A stretch of 64,000 bases of DNA, taken from NCBI GenBank assembly GCA_963788195.1, contig CAWBGA010000012.1, positions 1-64,000 on the forward strand. The letters are read 5' to 3'. Below the pieces are notes generated by a model. That model was not told the origin of the DNA. It made no database searches and saw only the letters and a program-made list of their open reading frames with translations. Each line of letters opens with the position of its first letter. Within the stretch, counting starts at the first letter, position 1. This stretch comes from Nitrospirota bacterium (GTDB lineage Bacteria; Nitrospirota; Nitrospiria; Nitrospirales; NS-4). Shown piece after piece: positions 51,302 to 61,113 of this stretch. The position numbers and the translations under genes are program-made.

Positions 51302-52308
51302 AAGTACTCGTGATCGGAGGTGCAGGATTCCTGGGATCGAATCTGGTCCGGGCATTGCTCGCCCGGGGCGATGAGGTCCGCGTGATGGTACGCCCGATGA
51401 CTAATGTCACAACGCTCGGCGGCCTACCTCTGGAGCGCGTTGAAGGTGATCTGAACGACGCAAGCTCGCTGGAGCGGGCCTGCCGCGACGTGCGTGTGGT
51501 GTACCACACCGCAGGATATTATCCCTCGCACACAGTCCCCGTCGAAGTCGCTATTGCCCAAGGAGTGGCTGAAACTCGCGGCGTGCTGAACGCCGTGCGA
51601 CAGGGCGACGTGGACCGGCTCGTGTTCACGAGCTCGCTCACCACCATCGGGTTGACGCGCATAGACTCGCATGATGCCATTCGCCCGGCCAATGAAAATG
51701 ATACATTTCACCCACTGTTTCCGGACAATCCATACCTCATGGCCAAGGCCCATATGGAGCAAGAAGTTCTCCGGGAGGCAACCCGAAATGGACTTCCTGC
51801 AGTAGTCGTCAATCCCACGGTATTTTACGGCCCTTACGACAGCAAGCCCACGAGCGGAACGCAAATCGTTATGATCGCCCGCCGGCAAATGCCGGCGTAT
51901 GTCCAGGGAACGCTCAATGTCATTGACGTTCGAGATGTTGCCGACGGCATGATCAGTGCAGCAGAGCGCGGCCGGTCGGGGGAGCGCTATATTCTAGGTA
52001 AGTGGAACACGACCCAGAAAGAGTTAAACGCGATGATCGCCAGGGTCGTGGGCGCCCCCGCACCGATGCTCGAGATCCCCTTTCCGCTGGCTCGGTACGG
52101 CTCGAAAATGGCCGATTGGGTCTTTCGAAACGCCTTGCGGAGACCTGCACCAGTGCCGGGGTTTTTCGTGGAAATGCTCAAACACATGCAACACTATGAT
52201 TGCTCCAAGGCCGCACGAGAACTCGGTCCCACCCTCCGGCCGGTTGAGCAGGCCATTGCCGATGCGGCGACCTGGTTCAGGGAAAATGGCCGCCTACAGG
52301 CCAAATAA
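51298..52308 (+). CDS. NAD-dependent epimerase/dehydratase (HpnA/DFR-like)
   Basis: GGAGFLGS, TSS, YLMAK, VVVNPT, DVRDVA. Confidence 0.85.
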   Translation: MKVLVIGGAGFLGSNLVRALLARGDEVRVMVRPMTNVTTLGGLPLERVEGDLNDASSLERACRDVRVVYHTAGYYPSHTVPVEVAIAQGVAETRGVLNAVRQGDVDRLVFTSSLTTIGLTRIDSHDAIRPANENDTFHPLFPDNPYLMAKAHMEQEVLREATRNGLPAVVVNPTVFYGPYDSKPTSGTQIVMIARRQMPAYVQGTLNVIDVRDVADGMISAAERGRSGERYILGKWNTTQKELNAMIARVVGAPAPMLEIPFPLARYGSKMADWVFRNALRRPAPVPGFFVEMLKHMQHYDCSKAARELGPTLRPVEQAIADAATWFRENGRLQAK

Positions 52309-52314
52309 CTTCAG

Positions 52315-54717
52315 TCATGACTTGAGAGTAATGAGAGTCACTCCATCACCGCCCTCGGCGCGCTCCCCCGGACGGAAGGCCGCAACGTAAGGGGATTCCT
52401 TCAAGTATTCCCGAAGCACTTGCCTCAGGCGGCCTGTGCCGTGACCATGAATGACCCGCACCGCCGCGGCCCCTGTCAGTGCCGCATGGTCAAGTCCGAC
52501 CTGGACCGCTTCGACCGCTTCATCCCCCGACTTACCACGCACGTCGACCACATTGGTGTCTCCCGCCGCCATGGCGGACATCGCAGGCGACCTTGTGGCT
52601 TTTTGGGGAGGCGCCGGTTCTTCGCCTTCCTCAATACCCCCGATGCGGGTGGCTTCTGTGGAAACTTCCGCCTCTCCCACCCGGACTCGCACGCGCTTCT
52701 TGCCTATCGGAGTTTCCAGCAGAATCCCAATCGTTCCCAGGCCAAGAAGCTCGACCCGATCGCCTGCCTGCAGCTCGCGGATGGGGCGAAAATCATCTGC
52801 AGGCGCGAGGCTTGACTGCATGGTCGCTTCGACGGTTCCCAGGCGTGACTTCGCTTCACGAGCTTTGAGAACGCTTTTGTCGGCCTTAAGACCCTCCAAC
52901 ACCGACTGAATCTCTGCTCGCGCCCGGAGGAGCTCGTCAGTCAGTTTTTTGCGAAGGGCCTTGCGCGTATCCTTTTCCGCTGCGGCCTGGCGCGCGGCAA
53001 ACTCTTTCTGGGCCTGCGTCGCCACCTCGCTTTCGGCGCGAAGCTCCTTGATCCTCGAGCTGTCCTCATCAAGACGGCGGCGGGTCTCTTGCAGTTCTTC
53101 CATCAGGAGCTCTATCGCGCGCTCCTGCGTGTTGACCAGCCGTACGGCCTCATCGAGCAGGCGCTCATCCATACCGAGACGCCCTGCTATTTCTATCGCG
53201 GAACTGCCGCCCGGCATCCCCATGATCAAGCGGTAGGTGGGCGAGAGCGTGGCGGCATTAAAACCGACACTGGCGTTGGCGAACATTGGATGGCCTTGCG
53301 CGAAGGCCTTAAGCGGATTGTAATGCGTCGTGGCGACAACCGTAAACCCACGCTCGGCAAGATGCATGAGAAGGGCTTGCGCCAGAGCCGCGCCCTCAGC
53401 CGGATCCGTCGCGGTGACGGGCTCATCAAGCAGGACGAGGGCCTCCGGAGTGGCCTCCGCGAACAGTGCGATCATGTCTCTGATGTGGGCGGAAAAGCTT
53501 GACAGGTCCTTGGTCAAATCCTGCGCATCTCCGATTTCCGCATAGACTTCCGGAAAAAAGGGCATCTCGGAGCCGGTCTCGCAGGGAAGCTGCAGGCCGG
53601 CTCTGACCATTAGGGCAAACAGTCCAAGGATCTTGAGTGTGACGGTTTTACCTCCGGCATTGGGACCGGAAATAATTAGGACACGTACCCCATCCTGCAA
53701 CTCGATATCGTTCGCCACGATCGGCTGTCGGTCCTTCATGGCCGGTGAGGAGTCGCCTTGTCGGCTGAGTATCAATAGGGGGTGGCGGGCCTGTTTGAGC
53801 CGGATCGCGCCGTGCTCGGTGACGATCGGATCGGACGCCTGTAAGATCTGGGAGAACGCCGCTTTAGCACGTAAAGAATCGAGGTGGCCGAGAATCGTGA
53901 GGTCGTCCCAAAGAGTTTCGTGATGGACGGCCGCCTGCTCGCTGAGATCCTGAAGAATTCGTCGGACTTCCCTATCGATCGCCAATTCCGACTCTTTGAT
54001 CTGATTGTTTAGATCCACAAGGTCCCGCGGTTCAATAAAGACCGTCGCGCCGCTCGCGGACACGTCGTGGATGATTCCCGGCACCTCGCCTTTCCGCTCT
54101 GTCTTCACAGGGATCACATAGCGATGCTCGCGTTCCGCGAAATAGGACTCCTGAAGAATTTCAGCAAAACGCGGTGACGCCAGGATGGCCTCCAACCGCG
54201 ATCTGATTCTCTGTCTGAGGGCATTCGCCCGATGGGTCAGAGTCCGCAACTCTGGAGTGGCGGATTCCAGGATGTTCCCCTCCGGATCGATGGCTCGATC
54301 TATCTCGATCTTTAAGGGCCGCAGATCATCAAGACCCGTCCCCAGCGCCCAAAGCCCCGGAGCATCGTCCTGACAGTTTCGTAGAAAGCCCCGGACATCC
54401 GCGACGAGGCTCAAGACAATCGAGATATCCCGGAAGTCAAGCCCGGTGGGAACGGCTCCTTTCGCAAGCCGTTCGATGACGGGACGCACATCAGGAAAGT
54501 TGCCTAGCGGAACCCCCCGGCCTCGCCGCTCCAGAGAGACCATCTCGGCCGTCTCTCGAAGTGTCGCCTGCGTCTGCGACAAGGAGGTGGCCAAGGTCAA
54601 GGTCCGGCACCGCTCCGCTCCGATAGTCGAGAACGCTTGAGATGCCAAAGCATCGAGAATCGCCCCCCATTGGAGGTCTTGGAGAGCCCTTTCGAGAAGC
54701 CCTGCGCGATCTGCCAT
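52315..54717 (-). CDS. mutS2: Endonuclease MutS2
   Basis: HDVSASGATVFIEP, SGPNAGGKT, LSSFSAH, LLDE, TTHY, C-terminal Smr IHGHGTG. Confidence 0.95.
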   Translation of the reverse strand: MADRAGLLERALQDLQWGAILDALASQAFSTIGAERCRTLTLATSLSQTQATLRETAEMVSLERRGRGVPLGNFPDVRPVIERLAKGAVPTGLDFRDISIVLSLVADVRGFLRNCQDDAPGLWALGTGLDDLRPLKIEIDRAIDPEGNILESATPELRTLTHRANALRQRIRSRLEAILASPRFAEILQESYFAEREHRYVIPVKTERKGEVPGIIHDVSASGATVFIEPRDLVDLNNQIKESELAIDREVRRILQDLSEQAAVHHETLWDDLTILGHLDSLRAKAAFSQILQASDPIVTEHGAIRLKQARHPLLILSRQGDSSPAMKDRQPIVANDIELQDGVRVLIISGPNAGGKTVTLKILGLFALMVRAGLQLPCETGSEMPFFPEVYAEIGDAQDLTKDLSSFSAHIRDMIALFAEATPEALVLLDEPVTATDPAEGAALAQALLMHLAERGFTVVATTHYNPLKAFAQGHPMFANASVGFNAATLSPTYRLIMGMPGGSSAIEIAGRLGMDERLLDEAVRLVNTQERAIELLMEELQETRRRLDEDSSRIKELRAESEVATQAQKEFAARQAAAEKDTRKALRKKLTDELLRARAEIQSVLEGLKADKSVLKAREAKSRLGTVEATMQSSLAPADDFRPIRELQAGDRVELLGLGTIGILLETPIGKKRVRVRVGEAEVSTEATRIGGIEEGEEPAPPQKATRSPAMSAMAAGDTNVVDVRGKSGDEAVEAVQVGLDHAALTGAAAVRVIHGHGTGRLRQVLREYLKESPYVAAFRPGERAEGGDGVTLITLKS

Positions 54718-54873
54718 GGTTCGATCAGCCCCGTTTCTGGCCCGTTTAGAGTACTCCCCGGCAGGAATTTTCTGCAATCCCGACTCCCCCATACGAGCGC
54801 GTAACACTTCCGTCGGGTTGCGGGGGACATTGGGGACCATGTACTGATAGCAACTTACCTATAAGGAGGGCTT

Positions 54874-55188
54874 ATGAAAAGATTAATCGGTTTACTGACA
54901 GTTGCATTTGTGCTGGGCGTGGGTGCTGCGGCCTTCGCGGCTGATCCACCAGGCTCTGCCCCCAGTGGCGCGCCAACAGCAGGAAAGGACGCCAGTGCTA
55001 AAACGATCAACGGCGAGGTGCTGAAGATCGAGGGCGAGAACTATGTCGTCAAGGATGCCATGGGCAAAGAGGTCAAACTGCATGTAAATGCCCAGACGAA
55101 GAAAGAGGGCGACATTAAGGTTGGCGACAAGGTCGAGGCGCAGGCGGACCCCACCGGCCACGCCCTGTCAATTAAAGCGGCCAAGTAA
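54874..55188 (+). CDS. Small secreted beta-barrel (OB-like) protein
   Basis: AAGGAGG RBS, signal peptide, TINGEVLKIEGENYVVKD..GKEVKLHV...VGDKVEA. Confidence 0.8.
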   Translation: MKRLIGLLTVAFVLGVGAAAFAADPPGSAPSGAPTAGKDASAKTINGEVLKIEGENYVVKDAMGKEVKLHVNAQTKKEGDIKVGDKVEAQADPTGHALSIKAAK

Positions 55189-55212
55189 GGCCAGCAAGTA
55201 AGGGCAATCAGT

Positions 55213-55241
55213 GCGCGCAGGGATGAACAGTCCCTGCGCGC
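55213..55241. terminator. GC-rich stem-loop between convergent genes
   Basis: GCGCGCAGGGA-N7-TCCCTGCGCGC; no U tail. Confidence 0.45.
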
Positions 55242-55261
55242 CAGCTCGAGCCGCCTCCTAT

Positions 55262-56179
55262 CTAATGCCGGCGCAACAGCTTTCCCGGCGTTCCTTTCCA
55301 CAGAATCAGCAATGGACTGGCCACAAATATCGATGAATAGGTGCCGACGATCACGCCCATGAGTAGGGCAAGCGAAAAGTCATGAAGCACCTCTCCTCCG
55401 AACAGCGTGAGGGGGATCAACACCAGGATCACGGTGAGAGACACCACAATTGTCCTACTCAATACTTGATTGACCGCTCGATTGATGAGGACATCCAACG
55501 TGTCCCTGTGGCGGAGCTTCAGATTCTCCCGAATGCGGTCAAAAACGACGACCGTGTCCGTGAGCGAATATCCCGCGAGAGTCAGGAGCGCCGTGACGAG
55601 CAACAGCGTGATCTCTTTGTCCAGAAAATAGAAAATGGCAAGCACTGCGAACACATCGTGGAAGGTTGCAATCGCAGCCGCGATCCCGAAGCGCAATTCA
55701 AAACGCACCGCGATGTACAGTATGATTCCGATCATCGACATGGAGATCGCGATTAAGGCATCCTTCTGGAGCTTTTGGCCGATAGTGGGACCGATTTCGG
55801 TGCTCGCCTCCACCACAAACGGGTTGTCTGGAAAAGTCTTTCGAAAGGCCTCCAGCACTTTGTCCGCCGCCTGTTCCTCGATGGCAGTCTTGGCCTTCAC
55901 GCGCACCAGCAGTTTGTTGTCGGCCGAAAACTCCTGGAGTTCTACCTCTGAAAGCCCCGTCTTCAGCAACGCCTCGCGAGCCTTTTCAATCGAAACAGGC
56001 CGCTCGAATTTCAATTGCACGGCCGTCCCGCCCGAAAAATCGATCCCGAGGTTCGCCGCCCCGCGCCAAATCTGAACCAACGCGAAGAGACCGAGCAGCA
56101 GCATTACACCGGAGATCGCAAACGAGTATCGCCGCCATCCCATGAAGTCAATTGAGGTCTTGCCGAGAATCTCCAACAT
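55262..56179 (-). CDS. secF: Protein translocase subunit SecF
   Basis: LGIDFSGG, IGPTIG, GYSLTDTVVVFDRIREN, GTYSSIFVA. Confidence 0.95.
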   Translation of the reverse strand: MLEILGKTSIDFMGWRRYSFAISGVMLLLGLFALVQIWRGAANLGIDFSGGTAVQLKFERPVSIEKAREALLKTGLSEVELQEFSADNKLLVRVKAKTAIEEQAADKVLEAFRKTFPDNPFVVEASTEIGPTIGQKLQKDALIAISMSMIGIILYIAVRFELRFGIAAAIATFHDVFAVLAIFYFLDKEITLLLVTALLTLAGYSLTDTVVVFDRIRENLKLRHRDTLDVLINRAVNQVLSRTIVVSLTVILVLIPLTLFGGEVLHDFSLALLMGVIVGTYSSIFVASPLLILWKGTPGKLLRRH

Positions 56180-57816
56180 TAGATGCTCAACCTCTCGACT
56201 TTGCCCCGGCGGTTGATCAGATCGAAGATGACCTTCGTCCCCACAAGCGCCGTGAACAAGTTGATCGTGATTCCTAAGCACAACGTGACGGCGAAGCCTT
56301 TGATCGGACCCGTTCCGAAAAGAAACAAGGCGAATCCGGTAATGAGCGTGGTCACGTGTGAGTCGACGATCGTCAGGAACGCCTTGTCGTATCCGGCGTC
56401 GATGGCCGGTCTCACCGGTTTACCCGTTCGGAGCTCTTCTCGGATCCGCTCGAAGATCAGGACGTTCGAGTCCACCCCCATCCCAATCGTGAGAATGATC
56501 CCCGCAATGCCGGGCAGCGTCAGCGTCGCGTTCAGACCGGCCAAGGCGCCGAGCAGACAGACAAGATTCAAAATCAAGGCAAAATCCGCGATCGCGCCCG
56601 ACATCCGGTAGTACAACACCATGAACAGAATCACGACGGCGCCGGCAATAAGGGTGGAGCGAACGCCCTTTTCAATCGAATCCCGCCCCAACGACGGCCC
56701 GACCGTGAGATCCTGAATAATCTTGACGGGCGCAGGCAGGGCGCCTGCGCGCAGGACGATCGCGAGGTCATTGGCCTCTTCGGTCGTAAAGGACCCCGTG
56801 ATCTGGGCCCTTCCCCCACTGATACGCTCCTGGATGACCGGCGCGGAGTACACCGTGTTGTCCAGGATGATCGCCATCCGCTTTTTCACGTTCTCGGCCG
56901 TAATCCGCTCAAACAGCTTCGCCCCTGTGCTGTCAAAGTTAATGGATACGTACGCGTTCTGAAATTCACCGATGGAGACACGTGCGTCCGTCAGCACATC
57001 ACCCGTGAGGACCGCGCGTTTCTTGATCAGATAGGGTTTCTTCGTCACGCTGCCCCTATCCTTATCGACGCTGCGCTCAAATAGGATCTCGTCATCGGGC
57101 GGGATTTTCGGGCCGAATTCCTTGAGGATATCTGTTTCCTTCGTGGGTGGCACGTCGCTCGGCAGCTCCTTGGCAATGGGGCTATCCTCGTCGAGCATTT
57201 TGAACTCAAGCAAGGCCGTATTCTTGATCAGAGCCTTGGCGCGCGCCGGGTCCTTGACTCCAGGCAATTGCACGACGATCTGGCGAGGACCCTGTTGCTG
57301 AATTAACGGTTCGGCCACACCGAACTCATCGATACGGTTACGAATCGTCTCGAGGGCCTGGTTCACAGACTGCTTCTTGATGCGCTCGGCTTCCTCGGCC
57401 TTCATTGCAAAGATCACGACGCGATCGCTCGGGCTGCGGGTGGACAGGATGGTAAACTGATCCTCTGTGACTTTCAGAAGAGCTTCTTTATCGCCGGGCG
57501 ATAGCAACGTGACGGTAATCTCCGTCGGCGACGTTTTTTTGACCGATTCCACGGCAATTTTCTTATCGGCCAGGATATCGGTCATATTGTTCATCAGGCG
57601 GTCCATCGCGATCTCGACAGCGCGATCGCTTTCAACTTCCAGGACCAGATGGATCCCTCCCTGCAGATCGAGGCCGAGGATGATCCCTTTGTTTGGGAGA
57701 TACTCTTTCCACCACTCGGGCATGTAGCGAAAGAGCGGGGTCGAGGGAATAAACAAAACGACCGACACAATGACCGCGAGCCCTAACAGAATGAGCCGAC
57801 CTTGAACAGCCTTCAT
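56179..57816 (-). CDS. secD: Protein translocase subunit SecD
   Basis: LGLDLQGG, RNRIDEFGVAEP, LRAGALPAP, GMGVDSNVLIFERIREE. Confidence 0.96.
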   Translation of the reverse strand: MKAVQGRLILLGLAVIVSVVLFIPSTPLFRYMPEWWKEYLPNKGIILGLDLQGGIHLVLEVESDRAVEIAMDRLMNNMTDILADKKIAVESVKKTSPTEITVTLLSPGDKEALLKVTEDQFTILSTRSPSDRVVIFAMKAEEAERIKKQSVNQALETIRNRIDEFGVAEPLIQQQGPRQIVVQLPGVKDPARAKALIKNTALLEFKMLDEDSPIAKELPSDVPPTKETDILKEFGPKIPPDDEILFERSVDKDRGSVTKKPYLIKKRAVLTGDVLTDARVSIGEFQNAYVSINFDSTGAKLFERITAENVKKRMAIILDNTVYSAPVIQERISGGRAQITGSFTTEEANDLAIVLRAGALPAPVKIIQDLTVGPSLGRDSIEKGVRSTLIAGAVVILFMVLYYRMSGAIADFALILNLVCLLGALAGLNATLTLPGIAGIILTIGMGVDSNVLIFERIREELRTGKPVRPAIDAGYDKAFLTIVDSHVTTLITGFALFLFGTGPIKGFAVTLCLGITINLFTALVGTKVIFDLINRRGKVERLSI

Positions 57817-57828
57817 GCGGTAAGGGCC

Positions 57829-58161
57829 TCAGTCATTTTCATCCCCGCGGATGCGCGCGATGTGGTCGCGCATGAGTTTGATCTTCGCGTTCTCGGCCAC
57901 CTGTAGTGTCACCGTCTCTTTCCCGATGTTTGTCACGGTGCCCCAAATGCCTCCCGTGGTAACCACTTTGTCACCCTTCTTGAGGTCACTGAGCATCGCT
58001 TTGTGCTTGTCCCGCTGCTGCTTCTGTGGCCGATAGATCACAAAATAAAAGATCACGATGATCATGACGAACATCGGCAGCATCTGGAGCAACTGATCAA
58101 CGATCGACGGCGTTCCCGCAGGTGCAGCCGCCTGTGCTAAGACTGGGGAGATGAGCCTCAT
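57829..58161 (-). CDS. yajC: Preprotein translocase subunit YajC
   Basis: FYFVIYRPQ, LKKGDKVVTTGGIWG; lies between tgt and secD. Confidence 0.93.
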   Translation of the reverse strand: MRLISPVLAQAAAPAGTPSIVDQLLQMLPMFVMIIVIFYFVIYRPQKQQRDKHKAMLSDLKKGDKVVTTGGIWGTVTNIGKETVTLQVAENAKIKLMRDHIARIRGDEND

Positions 58162-59270
58162 GCTTGGCAGGTTTCCCGGGCGCTATAAAACGCCGCCCTG
58201 AACTCAGCCAGACGCCCGCCGCTGAGGGCTTCGCGGAGATCGCGCATGAACTGCAGAATGTAATGCAGGTTGTGCAGGGTGTTCAATCGCACTCCGAGCA
58301 TTTCTTTGGCCAAGAACAGATGACGCAAATAAGCGCGTGAGTACTTTCGGCAAACCGGGCAGGAGCACGCGGGATCGATGGGAGTTTCATCTGCGGCGTA
58401 CTGGGCATTCTTAATCAGCACCCGGCCGAACGATGTAAACAGCCATCCCGTGCGACCATGGCGCGTGGGCATGACGCAATCAAACAAATCGATGCCGCGC
58501 GATACTCCCTCGAGCAGATCCTCAGGCGTCCCAACGCCCATGAGATATCGAGGTGCCGATTCCGGCAGTTCCGCTACGGCCGCGGCGATTGCGGCGTGCA
58601 TCGTGGCTTTGTCCTCGCCCACACTCAGCCCGCCGAGGGCGTAGCCGCCAAACCCGATTGTTGCGATGTCAGCGGCCGCCCGGGCGCGCAAGACCGGATA
58701 GTGTCCCCCCTGCACGATGCCGAACAGGGCTTGATCCTGAGCATGATGAGCCGCCTTGCAACGACGTGCCCAGGCGTTCGTGCGGCGCAATGACGCCTCG
58801 GCTGCTTCGAACGTCGCGGGATAACGAAGGCATTCGTCGAGGGTCATGGCGACATCCGCTCCCAGCGCCTGCTGAATCTCGACCGCCGTTTCCGGCGTCA
58901 GATGGTGTAGCGAGCCGTCTAAATGCGATTGGAACGTCACGCCGTCATCCGACACTTTGCATAGAGGAGCCAGGCTGAAGATCTGATATCCGCCGCTATC
59001 GGTCAGAATCGACCCCGACCAACCCATGAAGCGATGCAGCCCGCCCATCGCTTGGATCGTTTTATGGCCTGGCCGCAGCGACAGATGGTAGGCGTTGCAA
59101 AGGATCATCTGCGCTCCCAGATCCGTCAATTCTTCGGGAGAGATGCCTTTGACGGTGGCTTGGGAGCCGACCGGCATGAAAGCGGGCGTGGCGATTTGAC
59201 CGTGCGACGTGTGTAGTTGTCCGAGGCGTGCGTGACCTTCCTTCTTCAATACGGTGAAGTTCCGCGTCAT
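58158..59270 (-). CDS. tgt: tRNA-guanine transglycosylase
   Basis: TPAFMPVG, TDSGGYQ, GIVQGG, GGLSVGE, DLFDCVMPTR, C-x-C-x2-C...H zinc site. Confidence 0.96.
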   Translation of the reverse strand: MTRNFTVLKKEGHARLGQLHTSHGQIATPAFMPVGSQATVKGISPEELTDLGAQMILCNAYHLSLRPGHKTIQAMGGLHRFMGWSGSILTDSGGYQIFSLAPLCKVSDDGVTFQSHLDGSLHHLTPETAVEIQQALGADVAMTLDECLRYPATFEAAEASLRRTNAWARRCKAAHHAQDQALFGIVQGGHYPVLRARAAADIATIGFGGYALGGLSVGEDKATMHAAIAAAVAELPESAPRYLMGVGTPEDLLEGVSRGIDLFDCVMPTRHGRTGWLFTSFGRVLIKNAQYAADETPIDPACSCPVCRKYSRAYLRHLFLAKEMLGVRLNTLHNLHYILQFMRDLREALSGGRLAEFRAAFYSARETCQA

Positions 59271-61033
59271 TACATTCTCTCCGGAGCCGACACCCCAAGG
59301 ATGCGCAATCCATTGCGGATCACGGTCTGCACGCACCCCAACAGGCAAAGGCGCGCCGCCGTCACTGCGGGACTCACCTCTTCGCGTTTACGGCCCTGAT
59401 CGGGCTCCCCTGCCGCCGGAATCTTAATCTCCCTGTCTTCCAACTCGGCGTCGAGAACAGGGGGAAGAATCCGGTGCTTGTAATAAAAGGTATGCAGGCG
59501 GGCGGCCAGGTCCTGCAGGTAATAGGTAATGCGATGTGGTTCGAGTGCTTGGGCGCTCGCCTCTAGCATCGAAGGATATTCTGCCAGCGATTTAATCAGG
59601 TTTAGCTCTTCTGGCGAGTCTAAATGCGGCAGGTGTACTTCCTTGGTGGACGGAACCGGAATGCCTCGCTCGGCGGCGACACGGAAGACGCTCGCGATCC
59701 TCGCGTGGGCATATTGAACGTAATACACGGGATTGTCCGCCGACTTCTGCTTGGCCAGTTCCAGGTCGAAGTCGAGCTGGCTGTCGGAGCGCCGGGTCAA
59801 AAAAATAAACTTCGCCGCGTCGGCGCCGACCTCTTCCACCACCTCCCGCAGAGTGATCAATTCGCCCGCGCGTTTGGACATTGTCACACGAGCACCCCCG
59901 CGAAGCAGGTTCACGATCTGGACGAGGAGAACAGTAAGACGGTCCTTGGGATACCCGAATGCCTGCACCACCGCCTGCATCCGTGGAATATAGCCATGAT
60001 GATCGGCTCCCCAGATGTTGATTAATAGATCGTAGCCACGACTTAGCTTGTCATGATGATAGGCAATATCAGACGCCAGATAGGTGAATTCACCGTCCTG
60101 CTTGCGGACAACCCGATCCTTATCGTCACCAAAACCGGTCGAGCGAAACCATTGGGCGCCGTCCTGTTCAAACAGATAGTCGCGAAATTTCAGAATCGCC
60201 AAGGCCTGCTCCACGGCCTTGGTCTCAAACAAAAGGGCTTCACTGGACCAGGTGTCAAAATGCAGGTTGAAGAGCGCCAAGTCGGCCTTAATGGCTTCGA
60301 GCATTTTCAGATAGGCCCACGCCCGGCATGCGTCATTCAGGTTTGCGGGCAAAAGCTCTTGCCCGCAGGCGCGGCGCGACGCAAGAAGCTCTCGCGCAAT
60401 TTCCTCGATGTACGCTCCCTGATAGCCGTCTTCCGGAACGGGCGCCGGCTGCCCCAACAGCTGGCGGTACCGCGCTTCCACCGAGTCCGCCAAAAGCTTC
60501 ATCTGACGGCCGGCGTCATTGATGTAATACTCGGCGGTGACGTCATGGCCGGTACAGCGGAGAAGATTCACGAGCGCGCCACCCAATGCCGCGCCACGAC
60601 CGTGGCCCATATGTAAGGGCCCCGTAGGATTGGCGCTGACGTATTCCAGGAGTACGCGCTTTCCCTGGCCGAAGGTCGCACTGCCGTAGCGTTCCCCCTC
60701 CGCTTCGATCTGGCTGAGCACTCTAAACCAGAGCTCGCGCTTAATCGTCAGATTGATGAATCCCGGCGGGACCACCTCAATTTTCTCGAGGATATCAGGA
60801 TGGGACCGGAGGCGCCCGGCAATGATCTCGGCTATCTCGCGCGGCGCCCGATGCTCGGAGGCCGAAAGGTTCATTGCAACGGGGGTGGCGAGGTCGCCCC
60901 ACGCGTCTTTCTTTGGTACGTCGAGCACCAGCGACGGTTGCACGCTCAACTTAAGGTCACCGGTGGCCCGGGCCTCATCCAACGCCACTCGCAAAGTTGA
61001 AAGGACAGTTTCTCTCACGACTCCCGCGGACAT
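59270..61033 (-). CDS. argS: Arginine--tRNA ligase
   Basis: SANPTGPLHMGH, GADHHGY, MSKR, YVQYAHAR, APERM end. Confidence 0.97.
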   Translation of the reverse strand: MSAGVVRETVLSTLRVALDEARATGDLKLSVQPSLVLDVPKKDAWGDLATPVAMNLSASEHRAPREIAEIIAGRLRSHPDILEKIEVVPPGFINLTIKRELWFRVLSQIEAEGERYGSATFGQGKRVLLEYVSANPTGPLHMGHGRGAALGGALVNLLRCTGHDVTAEYYINDAGRQMKLLADSVEARYRQLLGQPAPVPEDGYQGAYIEEIARELLASRRACGQELLPANLNDACRAWAYLKMLEAIKADLALFNLHFDTWSSEALLFETKAVEQALAILKFRDYLFEQDGAQWFRSTGFGDDKDRVVRKQDGEFTYLASDIAYHHDKLSRGYDLLINIWGADHHGYIPRMQAVVQAFGYPKDRLTVLLVQIVNLLRGGARVTMSKRAGELITLREVVEEVGADAAKFIFLTRRSDSQLDFDLELAKQKSADNPVYYVQYAHARIASVFRVAAERGIPVPSTKEVHLPHLDSPEELNLIKSLAEYPSMLEASAQALEPHRITYYLQDLAARLHTFYYKHRILPPVLDAELEDREIKIPAAGEPDQGRKREEVSPAVTAARLCLLGCVQTVIRNGLRILGVSAPERM

Positions 61034-61113
61034 CTGTCAGGGCTCCACATGCAACGGCCCTCGAGGGTCCTCGAGGGCCGCTAAAAATGCGCTGAACTTT
61101 AGCATACCAATGA

